Positions 13,355 to 27,283 of a DNA stretch of 64,000 nt are shown here, piece after piece. This DNA comes from Mobula hypostoma (taxonomy: Eukaryota), in assembly GCF_963921235.1 (NCBI RefSeq), contig NC_086097.1, forward strand, positions 111,850,001 through 111,914,000. The letters are read 5' to 3'. Every line of letters starts with the position of its first letter. Positions within the stretch are counted from its first letter, which is position 1. The notes beneath the pieces are model-generated. The model did not search any database. It saw only the letters and a program-made list of their open reading frames with translations, and was not told where the DNA came from. The translations under genes were made by a program, and so were the position numbers.

Positions 13355-15560
13355 ATAGAAACATAGAAGACATACAGCACAATACAGGCCCTTTGGCCCA
13401 CAAAGCTGTGCCGAACATGTCCCTACCTTAGAACTACCTAGGCTTTACCCATAGCCCTCTACTTTTCTAAGCTCCATGTACCCATCCAGGAGTCTCTTAA
13501 AGAACCTATCGTTTCCACCTCCACCACCGCTGCTGCTGGTAGCCCATTCCATGCACTCACCACTCTCTGCATAAAGAGGAGAAAAAAAAACAACTTACCC
13601 CTGATATCTCTGTACCTACTTCCAAGCACCTTAAAACTATGCCCTCTCGTGCTAGCCATTTCAGTCCTGGAGAAAAGCCTCTGACTATCCACACAATTAA
13701 TGCCTCTCATTATCTTGTACACCTCTATCAGGTCACCTCTCATCCTCCGTCGCTCCAAGGAGAAAAGGCCGAGTTCACTCAACCTATTCTCATAAGTTAT
13801 GCTCCCCAATCCAGGCAACATCCTTGTAAATCTTCTCTGCACCCTTTCCATGGTTTCCATGTCCTTCCTGTAGTGAGGCGACCAGAATTGAGCACAGTAC
13901 TCCAATTGGGGTCTGACCAGGGTCCTATATAGCTGCAACATAAACGGGAATAAACGGGACCTGTTCAGAATGGCAGGCCGTGACTAGTGGGGTACCGCAA
14001 GGCTCAGTGCTGGGACCCCAGTTGTTTACAATATATATTAATGACTTGGATGAGGGAATTAAATGCAGCATCTCCAAGTTTGCGGATGACACGAAACTGG
14101 GCGGCAGTGTTAGCTGTGAGGAGGATGCTAAGAGGATGCAGGGTGACTTGGATAGGTTAGGTGAGTGGGCAAATTCATGGCAGATGCAATTTAATGTGGA
14201 TAAATGTGAAGTTATCCACTTTGGTGGCAAAAACAGGAAAACAGATTATTATCTGAATGGTGGCCGATTAGGAAAAGGGGAGGTGCAACGAGACCTGGGT
14301 GTCATTATACACCAGTCATTGAAAGTGGGCATGCAGGTACAGCAGGTGGTGAAAAAGGCGAATGGTATGCTGGCATTTATAGCAAGAGGATTCGAGTACA
14401 GGAGCAGGGAGGTACTACTGCAGTTGTACAAGGCCTTGGTGAGACCACACCTGGAGTATTCTGTGCAGTTTTGGTCCCCTAATCTGAGGAAAGACATCCT
14501 TGCCATAGAGGGAGTACAAAGAAGGTTCACCAGATTGATTCCTGGGATGGCAGGACTTTCATATGAAGAAAGACTGGATGAACTAGGCTTATACTCGTTG
14601 GAATTTAGAAGATTGAGGGGGGATCTGATTGAAACGTATATAACCCTAAAGGGATTGGACAGGCTAGATGCAGGAAGATTGTTTCCGATGTTGGGGAAGT
14701 CCAGAATGAGGGGTTGCAGATGAGGATAAAGGGGAAGCCTTTTAGGACTGAGATTAGGAAAAACTTCTTCACACAGAGTGTGGTGAATCTGTGGAATTCT
14801 CTGCCACAGGAAACAGTTGAGGCCAGTTCATTGGCTATATTTAAGAGGGAGTTAGATATGGCCCTTGTGGCTAAAGGGATCAGGGGGTATGGAGGGAAGG
14901 CTGGTGCAGGGTTCTGAGTTGGATGATCAGCCATGATGATACTGAATGGCGGTGCAGGCTCGAAGGGCCGAATGGCCTACTCCTGCACCTATTTTCTATG
15001 TTTCTATGTTTCTAACATTACCTCTCAGCTCTTAAACTCAAACTCAATCCCACGTTTGATGAAGGCCAATGCACCATATGCCACCTTAACCACAGAGTCA
15101 ACCTGTGTAGCAGCTTTGAGTGTCCTATGGACTCGGACCTCAAGATCCCTCTGATCCTCCACACTGCCAAGAGTCTTACCATTAATGCTGTATTCTGCCA
15201 TCATATTTGACCTACCGAAATGAACCACCTCACACTTATCTGGGTTGAGCTCCATCTGCCACTTCTCAGCCCAGTTTTGCATCCTATCAATGTCTCGCTG
15301 TAACCTCCGACAGCCCTCCACACTATACACAACACCCCCAACCTTTGTGTCATCAGCAAATTTACTAACCCATCTCTCCACTTCCTCATCCAGGTCATTT
15401 ATAAGAATCACAAAGAGTAGGGGTCCCAGAACAGGTCCCTGAGGCACACCACTGGTCACCGGCCTCCAAGTGGAATATGACCCATCTACAACCACTCTTT
15501 GCCTTCTGTGGGCAAGCCAGTTCTGGATCCACAAAGCAATGTCCCCTTCGATCCCATTTT
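13355..15560 (-). mobile_element. CR1 LINE, 5'-truncated, split by a younger CR1
   Basis: ORFs 15025-15579 (SGVPQG, KFADD) and 13459-13941 (LYRTLVRPQLEYC) are collinear across the insertion. Confidence 0.9.
13947..15012 (+). mobile_element. Young CR1 LINE, 5'-truncated
   Basis: ORF 13980-14723 with SGVPQGSVLGP and SKFADD; (CTATGTTT)n tail; AACAT at both junctions. Confidence 0.92.
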
Positions 15561-16048
15561 CCTTTGGATTTTGAATCACACAGTGTGTGCAGCCTTTTCA
15601 AAATTTTAAAGGAAATATTCACTGATCTGAAGTTCCTTTGATTCTACAGATTATTGACTGAACAGCCAGTAAATCTCTGAGCCTTCTCATGAGTCCCTTT
15701 AAACATAAAATTTGACTTGATGGGTATTTACCATTGGTGTTAAATAGTGTATTCACTTGTACATTCAACTTGACACAATTGATACTTCTACATCTTGGAT
15801 AAGAGAATTTCCATTGACCTAGGTGTATTGAAATGAAAAGGAATAGGAAGGTGATTTGTTTAGTGTTGTAAATGGCACAGCTTCATCTTCCTGTGAAGCA
15901 ATGACATGTACAAGGATCAGGAATTTGGCAAATTTTCTTTTCAAAGAAAAACCTAACTTTATTCATAAATTGTAATCATTTCTCATTTTAGTGATTATCT
16001 AAATATTGTATATTGGATGTTTGTTTACAAACAACATTAAGTGATATT

Positions 16049-17108
16049 GACCAATTTGTTTCATCAATAATAATATTCAGATCTGTTTCCCATTTTTGCT
16101 TTGACTTATGGGTTCCTTGTTTAATTGTCTGTTCTTGAATCAAATTATACATACAAGAAATAAATTTTTTAATTTTCCCTTTTTGAATTAAAATTTCAAA
16201 TTTCATTAGGTTTTGGCAAAAACATTGTTTGACCCAGCTTACCTTTTAAGTAAGCCCTTAATTGAAAGTAACAAAAGAAAGTATTATTAGATATTTTATA
16301 TTTATCCTTTAATTGTTCAAATGACATCAATATACCTCGTTCAAAACAATCTCCTATAAATTTAATCAGTATGACAAATACAATAAATGTTCGACTTAGA
16401 TTAGTACAATATAATTTTTTACACCAATTATATATTACACCGCAAAAAATAGATTAAATTCAAATCTATCTGATAAATGTTTTCGGTGTAATCAAGAAAT
16501 TGGTACTTTTTTACATTCTACTTGGTCTTGTTTTAAAATTCAACCCTTTTGGATAAATTTAAGAATCTTATTGGAACAAATTACTGCAACTCAACTTCCA
16601 CATAACCCTGTATTATTTTTATTAGGTGATATTGAAGGGATAAAACCGAAACTTAAATTGAATAAATATCAGAAAGAATTTATAAAAATTGCATTGGCAG
16701 TAGCTAAGAAGACTATAGCAGTTACTTGGAAATCTGATTCGTATTTAAGTATGGATCGTTGGAATAATGAAATGGCTAGTTCTATTCCACTCGAAAAAAT
16801 TACTTATAATTTAAGAGATAAATATGTAACATTTTTGAATATTTGGCGCCCTTATTTACAAAAGATAGGATGGCATATTTAAGTGCTCCGATAAAGACTT
16901 TGGTCACTTGGGGAAAGTAACGAATAATTATACCAAATTTATTTTGAATCCCATGGAGCATGTGGAAACCTTCCAATACCCAGGCGGTTCTTTTCTTTTT
17001 TTTCTTTTTCTTTCTTTTAGGTAGGACTATATATGGGTGGGGAGGGTAGATTCTATTTTTTTCATGTATTCTTTTTGAAAATTCAATAAAAATTATATTA
17101 CAAAAAAA
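16049..17108 (+). mobile_element. L1-clade LINE 3' fragment with inverted 5' segment
   Basis: ORF2 C-terminus with CFRC...H...C zinc knuckle, A-rich tail, and 16-bp TSD AACATTAAGTGATATT (16033-16048, 17109-17124). 16049 to about 16360 encodes upstream ORF2 on the minus strand. Confidence 0.88.
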
Positions 17109-17900
17109 AACATTAAGTGATATTCATTTCCTTTGTTTTGGTTTCCCACAATTTCTCTTGGACAAAAATAATTGTTACCTTTGATACCTTTCTTAAACAT
17201 TAAGTATCCATTGATTGTGCTCTGACACAGTTGTCCAGGTTTGAATCATCATTGAGCTCACTGATCAATTTTTGACCCCTTTCTCCAAAAGCTGTTCATA
17301 AATGGGAATTCTCAATGACTTCTCTTTTCCTTCCACACCTCGCTACCTTGAGGCTGGCTCTGCTAACATAACAAATACATAATTTCTAAGACTCTTCCAC
17401 TCCCCTCTCTGAGACAACTACTTTAGTCAACTGATCTTGGCTGTGTTCATTGCTGGTGTACCATGAACCACTGGGAAAAAAAACATGACTTTTTAAAAAT
17501 CTTTATTAGTGGAACCTCTCCAGGATAGAACTTTGTGGTATCAAAATCATTCCGTCCATTCAGATACAGCCTCTCTTGCACTTTCAATATTTATGTACAA
17601 CATGATCAGCTTTTTACAATTGCTCATAATTCAAATTTTGTGGATTTTATTATGAGTCTTTTGTGCACAGAGCAATGTGAACCCAACACAATGTTCAGAT
17701 CAAAGATTTTCAGTCGTACTACACCTAGTCATGAATGTTAATCAAAGAGTTTTTAAGAAAAAAGAAAATTTGAAATTAATGCAGTATGTTGTAAGTACTC
17801 AGTGAGTTAAGTAGCACCTGCAGAGAGAGAAAACAGAATTAACAGCTCAGGTTGAATAACTTCCATTACAACTGAGAATGATTAGGAATCACGCATGTTT

Positions 17901-18515
17901 TAGACCATAAGATACAGGAACAGAATTAGGCCATTTGGCCCATCGAGTCTGCTCCACCATTTCATCATGGCTGATCCATTTCCCTGTCCTGCCTTCTCCC
18001 TGTATCCCTTCATTCCCTGACTAACCAAGAATCTATCAAGCTTCGCCTTAAATATACGCAATGACTTGGCCTCTACAGCCACCTATGGCAATGAATTCCA
18101 CAGATTTGCCACCCCTGACTTAAGAAATTCCTCCTCATCTCCATTCTAAATGGATGCCCCTCTATTCTGAGGCTGTGTCCCATGGTCTTGGAATTGGACT
18201 CTGCCACCATGGGAAACATCTTTTCCACATCCACTCTATTGAGGCCTTTCAATATTCCATAGGTTTCAATGAGGAATCCCCCCCCCCAACAATTCTTCTG
18301 AATTCCAGTAAGTACAGGCCCAGAGCCATCAAATGCTCCTCATATGATAAGCCTTTCAATCCCTAAATCAATCTCGTGAACCTCCTTCAAACCCTCTTCG
18401 TGTCAGCGCGTCCTTCCTCAAAAAGGGGCCCAAAGCTGCCCACAATACCCCAAGTAAGGTCTCACCAGTACTTTATAATGCTCAGCATTACATCCTTGCT
18501 TTTATATTCTAGTCC
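17901..18515 (-). mobile_element. CR1 LINE 3' fragment
   Basis: AVEAKSLRIFKAKLDRFL and CR1 3' UTR. Confidence 0.75.
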
Positions 18516-19124
18516 AATTTGTGTTACAGAGGGAAGAGAGGATGGAAAGAACAATGTGAATGTTGGGATCTAGTGGAGATCAAATAACAGTAATGGTGAC
18601 GATACTGGCTCACAAAGTGAGGTAGAGGCTTGTTCATCACATGAGTTGTTTTGCAGGTCACGTGACTAGAAGATGAATACAAACTGAAGGCTGTAAAAAG
18701 GGGAAAAACAAAGTGCTGGGATTTAGCAGAACATCAAAGAAGTGAAACACTCCAATCTGAAATTAACAAAGAGCTAGGAATGTTTCAGGGATGTAGCAGA
18801 TTAGGCAGCAACTGTGGAGAGAAAATCAAAGTTTAATAGTAGTGGCTGGTGTTATTCCCTCATTTTATCTTAGTTGTGAATGGTAGGCAATTAAACAGCT
18901 ATGAGTTTAGCAGTTTTTCTCTATATCAGGCTTACTAAATATGACTCAAAGCCTTATTGTTAGCAACATGTAACACTGATAAAGAAGCATAATCTAATCT
19001 TAATTGCCACATTTGGCATCTCATTTTTATGTATGCCAAATGAAGGGTGAGGATGAAACATTGTATATTCAAGGATTCTACAATGGTCTAGACTGGTAAA
19101 ATTGGTGTGGACAATTTCATAGAG

Positions 19125-20665
19125 GATAGAATCAGAGCACCACAGCACAGAAGCAGGCTGTTGGGTTCATCTAGTCTGTGCGGAACTATTATTCTCCCCA
19201 GTCCCATCAACCTACATCTGGACCACAGCCGTCCATGCCTCTCCCATCCATGTACTTATCCGAACTTCTCTCAAGCTTTGAAATCAAATCCGCATCCACT
19301 ATTTCCACTGGCAGCTTGTTCCACATACTCATCACCCTCTGAGTGAAATTGTTCCCTCACATGTTCCCTTAAACATTTCATCTGACCCCCTTAACCCATG
19401 ATCTCAGGCCTCAGCCAACCTCAATGGAAAAAGCCTACTTGCTTTAACCCTGTTTATACCACTCATAATTTTGTACACCTCTTGCAAATGTCCCCTCATT
19501 CTCATTCTCATTCTCATTCTCATTCACTCCAGGGAATGAAGTCCTGGCCTGTTCGACCTTTCCCTATAACTCAGGTCCTCAAGTCCTGGCAACATCCTTG
19601 TAAAATGTTTCTGTACTCTTTCAATTGTATTGCTATATTTCCTGCAGGCAGGTGATGAGAACTGCATACAATACTCCAAATTGGATCTCACCAATGTATT
19701 ATACAATTTTAACATAATATCCCAACTTCTCTACTCAATACATTAATTTATGAAGGCTAATGTGCCAAAAGTGTTCTTTATGACCTCAATTAATTATGGA
19801 CCGGTATTCCCAGATCCCTTTGCTCTACCGTACTCAGTGCCCTACCATTCACTATGCAAGTCCCATCCCTGTTTGGCCTCCCAAAGTGCAACATCTCACA
19901 TTTTTCTCAATTAAATTCATCTATCAATTTTCAGTCCAGTTTCCAGCTGATTCAGTTCCCAGTACAAGGTGATGGCCTTCTTCACTGTCGACTATACCCA
20001 TAATCTTGGTGTCATCTGCAAGTTTGCTGATCTATTTTGCCACATTATCATCCAGATCGTTGATATAGATAACAAACAACAAGGGACCCAGCATTGATCC
20101 CTACGGGACATCACTAGTTACAGGCCTCTAGTTGAAAAGGCAACCATCTACTACCACTCTCTGGCTTCTCCCATGAAGCTAATGTCCAATCCAATTTACT
20201 ACCTCATCCAGAATGCCAAGTGGTAGAACCTTCTTGAACAACCTCCCATGCAGGACCTGGTCAAAGGCCTTGCTACAGTCCATTTAGACAACATTCACTG
20301 CCTTGCCTTCATCCACTTCCCTGGTAACCTCCTGGAAAAACCTTGAAATTGATGGAATCACTAAATCCAAAGTGTTCCCCTACACACACTTCTATTACCT
20401 TCCTGCCTTGTTACTTAATAGAAGATCCAGTATCACACTGTAGTTGGGACCTCAAAATACTGATTAAGGAAGTGTTCCTTAATATATTCGACAAACTCTA
20501 TCCAATCCAGCCCTTTCACAGAATGAGAGTCCCAGTCAAAATCACAGAGAATCATACGTTATGTTTGCGATCCTCTGCAAATTTGCTTCTCTAAATCCTA
20601 CTAACTATTGGGTAGTCTATAATAATCCAATTAATTGTGATCATCCCTTTCTTATTCCTTGGGTC
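19125..20665 (-). mobile_element. Degenerate CR1 LINE
   Basis: LYNTLVRSNLEYCMQF and RT remnants; (CATTCT)n microsatellite at about 19495-19525. Confidence 0.8.
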
Positions 20666-22651
20666 CTCGTTCAATTAAATTTCACCCATGTGTTGTAACT
20701 TTGAATTGATGCAAAACCGATGGTGCAGTTGAATCACTCTTTGTAATGAATATCGATGTCTAATTACAGTGCAATTGTGACTGAGATATACAGTATGCAT
20801 TGCTGCTCCCAGTTGTTCAACATGGAGGATCATTGCTTAGTTAGTGGAGAGAGATTGTAGGTTGAAGTCAATGAGGTTTCCTTGACTTTCCATGAATGAC
20901 CTAATATCATGACAACCAAATTCAAGGATTCTCAGTAGTCTAGGCTGGCAAAAATGGTGTGGACAGCTCAGGGAGCATAGAGCACTGCAGCACAGAAAGT
21001 GGCCATTGGGTTCATTGAGCTTGTGTGGAACTATTATTCTCACAGTCCCATGACCCACACATGGACCATAGCCCTCTATATCCCTCACATCAATGTACTT
21101 ATCCAAACTTTTCTTAAACTTTGAAATCAAATCTGCATCATGAGTTGGGAGGGCAGTAGGGCAGCTCATCCCAGCCTTTCCACCAGTTGGTCTATCCCGC
21201 TAGTGAGAGAACATAACTCGGAAAACTAAATCTAAAACATTGGATGTGAAAAATCATTTATGAAGGATGGGATTGGAATTTTTTTAGAAGTGACAAGCAT
21301 TGGACAAAGAAATGCCTATGATGTTAACTGTTTGGATTTTGAGAAGGCCTTTCATTTAGATTTTCATAAAAGATCATTAACCAATATTGAAGTTTCTGGT
21401 ACTGAAGACTCATTGTTAGCCAAACTGTTTTCTTTCAGAAAATAACCATGAAGAATCAAGAATGTACTGAATTTTTTCTAAGGAATAGAACTGAGTAACT
21501 TGAGTTGAATAGAGCTTAACATTATACAGCCTGCCTTATGACTTCCTTCTAAATTAAAATTCTAATTATCATAAGTAATGCAGTATGCTTTTTAAACAGA
21601 AAAAAATTAACTAATCTTAGAGCTGGAAGATAGATTTTTTTTGTGCAGCCAGTAATGTCTTTAATGTAACACAGTTTAGGAATTCATAACCATTGTACAT
21701 TTATGCATTCACTTCATTGATCTCAATAAGAATTAAATTTATGTTCTAACTATAAACATGGATTTAATTTTAAACTTTGAATAATAACAAAGAACTTTTT
21801 ATGCAGAGAAGTTCAAATATACTCAACTAACATGCTAAAAATTAATATATTGACACATGTACTAGATATTTTGAGTGAGAATCGGTGTAGTCTCCTGCCT
21901 TCTCCCCATAACCTTTGACAACCTTACTAATTAAGAAACTATCAACCTTTGCTTTAAATATACCCAGTGACTTGGCTTACAGAGCTGTCTGTGGCAATAA
22001 ATTCCACAGATTTACCACTTCTGGTTAAGAAAATTCCTCTTCATCTCTTTTCTGTAGATACGTCTTTGTATTCTAGTGTGGTATACTCTGGTCCTAGACA
22101 CTCACACTATTGGAAATATCCTCCCAATGTCCATTCTGTCTATTTGGTAGGTTTCAGATGTTCATCGTACATTAACCCTTTCATTCCTGGGATAATTCTC
22201 CTAAACCTCCTCTGGACCTTCTCTTAATGACATCTCCAAGGCCACAAACAGTTCAGTTCTCAAAATGTGGTTTGACCATTGCCTATAAAGCCTCAATGAA
22301 ATATTCTTGCTTTTAAATTCTAATCCTCTTGAAAAGAATGCTAACATTGTATTGCCTTCCTTACCAGCTGCTCAACCTGTAACTTAACCTTTAGGGCAGG
22401 GGTTTCCAACCTGGGGTCCACAGACCCCTTGATTTGGGGTTAGGGTTGGGGAAAAAAGGATTGCAAAGATCCTTTGCACTTCCTTTTGCTGCCCATTTAG
22501 AAAATAGTCCATGATTTTATTCTTTCTACCAAAGTGCAATACCATACACTGTATTCTATCTGGCTCTTCTTTGCTCATTCTCCTAATCTGTGCTAGTCAT
22601 TCTGCAGACTCCCTGCTTCCTCAACATTACCTGCCCCTTCACCTATTTGTA

Positions 22652-24255
22652 CAAACCCCATTTCCAGAAAAGTTGGGATATTTTCCAAAATGTAATAAAA
22701 ACAAAAATCTGTGATATGTTAATTCACGTGAACCTTTATTTAACTGACAAAAGTACAAAGAAAAGATTTTCAATAGTTTGACTGACCAACTTAATTGTAT
22801 TTTGTAAATATACACAAATTTAGAATTTGATGGCTGCAACACACTCAACAAAAGTTGGGACAGAGTTAAAATAAGATTGAAAAGTGCACAGAATATTCAA
22901 GTAACACCGGTTTGGAAGACTCCTCATTAAGCAGGCTAATTGGTAGCAGGTGAGGTATCATGACTGGGTATAAAAGTAGCGTCCATCAAAGGCTCAGTCT
23001 TTGCAAGCTAGGACGGGTCGTGGCTCACCCCTTTGTGCCAAAATTCGTGAAAGAATTGTTAGTCAGTTCAAAAGGAACATTTCTCAATGCAAGATTGCAG
23101 AGAATTTAGGTGTTTCAACATCTACAGTACATAATATTGTGAAAAGATTCAGAGAATTCAGAGACATCTCAGTGCCTAAAGGGCAAGGTCGGAAACTACT
23201 GTTGAATGCGTGTGATCTTCGAGCCCTCAGGCGGCACTGCCTAAGAAACCGATATGCTACTGTGACAATTATAGCCACCTGGGCTCGGGAGTACTTCGGA
23301 AAACCATTGTCACTCAACACAGTCCGTCGCTGCATCCAGAAATGCAACGTGAAATTGTATTATGCAAGGAGGAAGCCATACATCAACTCTATGCAGAAAT
23401 GCTGGCGAGTTCTCTGGGCCTGAGCTCATCTCAGATGAACCGAAAGACTGTGGAACCGTGTGCTGTGGTCAGATGAGTCCACATTTCAGCTAGTTTTCGG
23501 AAAAAACGGGCGTCGAGTTCTCCGTGCCAAAGATGAAAATGACCATCCAGATTGTTATCAGCGAAAGGTGCAAAAGCCAGCATCTGTGATGGTATGGGGG
23601 TGCATCAGTGCCCACGGCATGGGTGAGTTGCATGTATGTGAAGGTACCATTGACTCTGAGGTGTATATTAGGATTTTAGAGAGACACACGTTGCCATCAA
23701 GGCGACGTCTCTTCCCGGGACGTCCATGCTTATTTCAGCAGGACAATGCCAGACCACATTCTGCACGGGCTACAACAGCATGGCTTTGTAGACACAGAAT
23801 GTGTGTGCTTGACTGGCCTGCTGCCAGTCCAGATCTATCTCCTATTGAAAATGTATGGCGCATCATGAAGAGGAGAATCAGACAATGTAGACCACGGACT
23901 GTTGAGCAGCTGAAGTCTTATATCAAGCAAGAATAGACAAAATTTCCAATTGCAAATCTACTACAATTAGTATTCTTAGTTCCGAAACGATTAAGAAGTG
24001 TTAGTAAAAGGAAAGGTGATGTAACACGATGGTAAACATGCCTCTGTCCCAACTTTTGTTGAGTGTGTTGCAGCCATCAAATTCTAAATTTGTGTATGCT
24101 TACAAAATACAATTAAGTTGGTCAGTAAAACTCTTGAAAATCTTTTCTTTGTACTTTTGTCATTTAAATAAAGATTCACGTGAATTAACATATCACAGAT
24201 TTTTGTTTTTATTGCATTTTGGAAAATATCCCAACTTTTCTGGAAATGGGGTTTG
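22652..24255 (+). mobile_element. Full-length Tc1 (DD34E) transposon
   Basis: TA at 22650-51 and 24256-57; about 214-bp TIRs (22652-22865, 24042-24255) beginning CAAACCCCATTTCCAGAAAAGTTGGGA; 1604 bp long. Confidence 0.95.
23013..24035 (+). pseudogene. Tc1 transposase pseudogene
   Basis: One reading frame of 340 codons, start ATG>ACG, three internal stops. Motifs GQGRK, WSDES, QQDNA-34aa-[12 protein letters not shown]. Confidence 0.92.
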
Positions 24256-25347
24256 TACATCACTTGGTGATCATTTCTGCAATTTAAATCATTAACATAT
24301 AATGTGAAAAGTAACAGACCCAACCCCTGTGGAACACCAGTATTTACCTGCAGCCAGCCAGAAAAAGTCCCCTTTATTTCCATACTTTGCCCTTTGCCAG
24401 TCTTCTGTATCTTATCTTTTGTCATATCATGTGGAGCAGCTTGTCAAAGGTCTTCTGTAAACAATATCCACTGACTCTCCCTTGTCTGTCCTACCTGCTA
24501 CTTCCTGAAAGAACTCCAACAGGTTTATCAGACCAGATTTTCCCTTAAGGAGACCATGCTGACTTTGGCCTGTTTTATTTGTTTATTTAGACACTGTGTT
24601 GAATAGGCTGTTCTGGCCCCTTGAGCTGTGCCGCCTAGCAGCCCCTGGCTCAACCCTAACCTAATCACGGGACAATTCACGATGACCAATTAACCCACTT
24701 ACTGGTGCATCTGGTCCAGGTGACTGATCTTCTTCCAGCTTCATAATCACCTTCTTAGAAATAGCAACTACACCCACTTCTGCCCGCTGACACTCTCAAA
24801 TTTCTGGCATGCTATCGCTGTCTTCCACAGTGACAATGGATGCAAAATACTTTTTCAATTCATTTGCCATTTCCTTGACTCCTATTCCTACCTTTCCAGC
24901 ATCATTTTCCAGCGGTCTGATGCCCATTCTTGCCTCCTTTTTCACTCTTTATACATCTGAAAAAATACGTATCCTCTTTTATATTACTGGCTACTTACAT
25001 TTATATTTCATTTTTTTTCTCTCCTAATTGCTTTTGTAGTTGTCTTCTGTTTGTTTTTAAAGGCTTTCCAGTCCTTTAGTTTCCCACTTTTTTTTTGCAA
25101 TATTGTATGCCATCTCTTTTGCTTTTATGCTGTCTTTGGCTTCACCTATCAGCCATGTTTGCCTCATCTTCCCACGCAAACTCCAGCTATTGCTGTTCAA
25201 CCATATATTTAACTCTCTCATCTTATTAACCCTGTGCAAATTTGCATGTGACTCAAGGTAACAATGCAGAGATGATCTGATCACCTTTTTTTGGTTTTAC
25301 ATTAATTCAAATTAACTCAAATTCTCTCAGCAAAACTTTTCTCTGTT

Positions 25348-25480
25348 CTTTCTATGTCATTGGTACTCACATAGATCACGACGACGGGATCTTTCTATGT
25401 CACTGGTACTCGCAAAGACCGCGACGACTGGAACTTTCTATGTTATTGGTACTCACAAAGACCACGACAACTGGATCTTT
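25348..25480. repeat. 43-bp tandem repeat, about 3 copies
   Basis: Units start at 25348, 25391 and 25434 (ctttctatgtcattggtactcac...acgac.ggat). Confidence 0.85.
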
Positions 25481-26256
25481 CCCCTCCCTCTCCAACTCCT
25501 CTGTGGGTCTGATGGGAAGTCATAAACCTGGGCACCAGACAGACAACATGGGACACTTTATCATTACAGCAGAGATTTGTGTATATTCCCCAGATCATAC
25601 GATCCCTAATTACAACACTTTTTTTCCTTTTCTTCCCCCCCCCCCAACCTTTGATGGCTCCCTTGACCACGGTTCAGTTGTTTATCCCTCCTACACTAGT
25701 CCTCACAGGGAGCAACGATCTCAGACATATTGGGCAAACTGAAGGCTGAGGTTCCTCCAGCACCACTATTTGGATTCCCCTACTGGCCATCCCTCTTGTC
25801 CCTGGCCACAGACTGAACCTGAAGCAGTTATTCTAGTGGGTGTGGCTGCCTCTTGAAAAGTGTGTCCAGGTAACTTCCTCCCTCCCTGAATTGAAATAAA
25901 AGCCCTGCAACAAGTAATTACTATTAATAACTACTTAACATGACTTTTATCAAGTCAACCTCCAAGCTGTTATTGAGCAGAAAGGGTTTTTGAGAATGCA
26001 TGTGTTACAGAATGTGGATTTAAATTTTGCCTTTCACTGCCCTTGTGAGGACTCTGCAGTACCTTGCAGTTGGAAAAGTTGGGAAATTTGCTCCCTGACC
26101 ACCAAACACTGTATAACATTTGAAGAAAAAAACAACTTGACCCATTATTGCTCCCACTTTTCCCCAACATCTGAGCCTTTCTCATCCCTAAACCCCATGG
26201 GATTCTGGGTTGTAAACTCTGAACATATTATGGAAGGCTATATCATGTGGCTTTAA

Positions 26257-26571
26257 AAAGGCACTTTAAAAAGTCTTGTGAGACCATGGATCTGCGCCTG
26301 GAACGTCTTCACTCTCCAGGGTGCAGGCCTGGGTGAGGTTGTATGGAAGACCAGCAGTTGCCCATGCTGCAAGTCTCCCCTCTCCACGACACCAATGTTG
26401 TCCAAGGGAAGGGCACTAGGACCCATACAGTTTGGCATCAGTGTTGTCACAGAGCAATGTGTGATTAAGTGCCTTGCTCAAGGACACAACACGTTGCCTC
26501 GGCTGGGGCTCGAACTCACGACCTCCAGGTCGCTAGTCCAATGCCTTAACCACTTAGCCACATGCCCACAC
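26257..26571 (-). mobile_element. tRNA-derived SINE with CORE-like domain
   Basis: Minus strand: gtggctaagtggttaagg (A box), gagttcgagcccc (B box), gtgtccttgagcaaggcacttaa. Confidence 0.7.
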
Positions 26572-26697
26572 CATGTGACTTTATGCCACAAGGAAAGGTG
26601 ATTACAATATGATAGCATTTTGCAAACAGTCAGGAGAGGCACAGGAAAGTTGGAATAAAATCTAGAATTTAAATAAATTCTACCACCATTTTTATTA

Positions 26698-27283
26698 CTT
26701 GTTCTATAAGGCATTGGTGAGGCCGAATCTGGAGTATTGTGTTCAGTTTTGGTCACCAAATTACAGGAAGGATATAAATAAGGTTGAAAGAGTGCAGAGA
26801 AGGTTTACAAGGATGTTGCTGGGACTTGAGAAACTCAGTTACAGAGAAAGGTTGAATAGGTTAGGACTTTATTCCCTGGAGCGTAGAAGAATGAGGGGAG
26901 ATTTGATAGAGGTATATAAAATTATGATGGGTATAGATAGAGTGAATGCAAGCAGGCTTTTTCCACTGAGGCAAGGGGAGAAAAAAACCAGAGGACATGG
27001 GTTAAGGGTGAGGGGGGAAAAGTTTAAAGGGAACATTAGCCGGGGCTTCTTCACACAGAGAGTGGTGGGAGTATGGAATGAGCTGCCAGACGAGGTGGTA
27101 AATGCAGGTTCTTTTTTAACATTGAAGAATAAATTGGACAGATACATGGATGGGAGGTGTATGGAGGGATATGGTCGGTGTGCAGGTCAGTGGGACTAGG
27201 CAGAAAATGGTTTGGCACAGCCAAGAAGGGCCAAAGGGCCTGTTTCTGTGCTGTAGTTTCTATGGTTCTATGGTTCTATGGTC
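26698..27283 (+). mobile_element. CR1 LINE 3' fragment
   Basis: ORF 26699-27199 YKALVRPNLEYC...; (TTCTATGG)n tail. Confidence 0.9.

Larger units (their letters stand above)
21890..25890 (-). mobile_element. Old, deleted CR1 including ORF1 esterase-like remnant; hosts the Tc1
   Basis: WLQVNTGVPQG (24084-24425) continues across the Tc1 into 22480-22640; 25350-25670 resembles the CR1 ORF1 SGNH-like region. Confidence 0.65.

Noticed and set aside
22397..22465. hAT-type MITE starting CAGGGGTTTCCAACC
   Set aside because: Only one terminus is recognisable and there is no TSD pair.
25348..25480. CRISPR-like array
   Set aside because: Contiguous tandem units with no unique spacers, in a vertebrate genome.
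26490..26571. tRNA gene
   Set aside because: A/B boxes run directly into a SINE body; likewise at 10392, 12575, 27655 and 47395.
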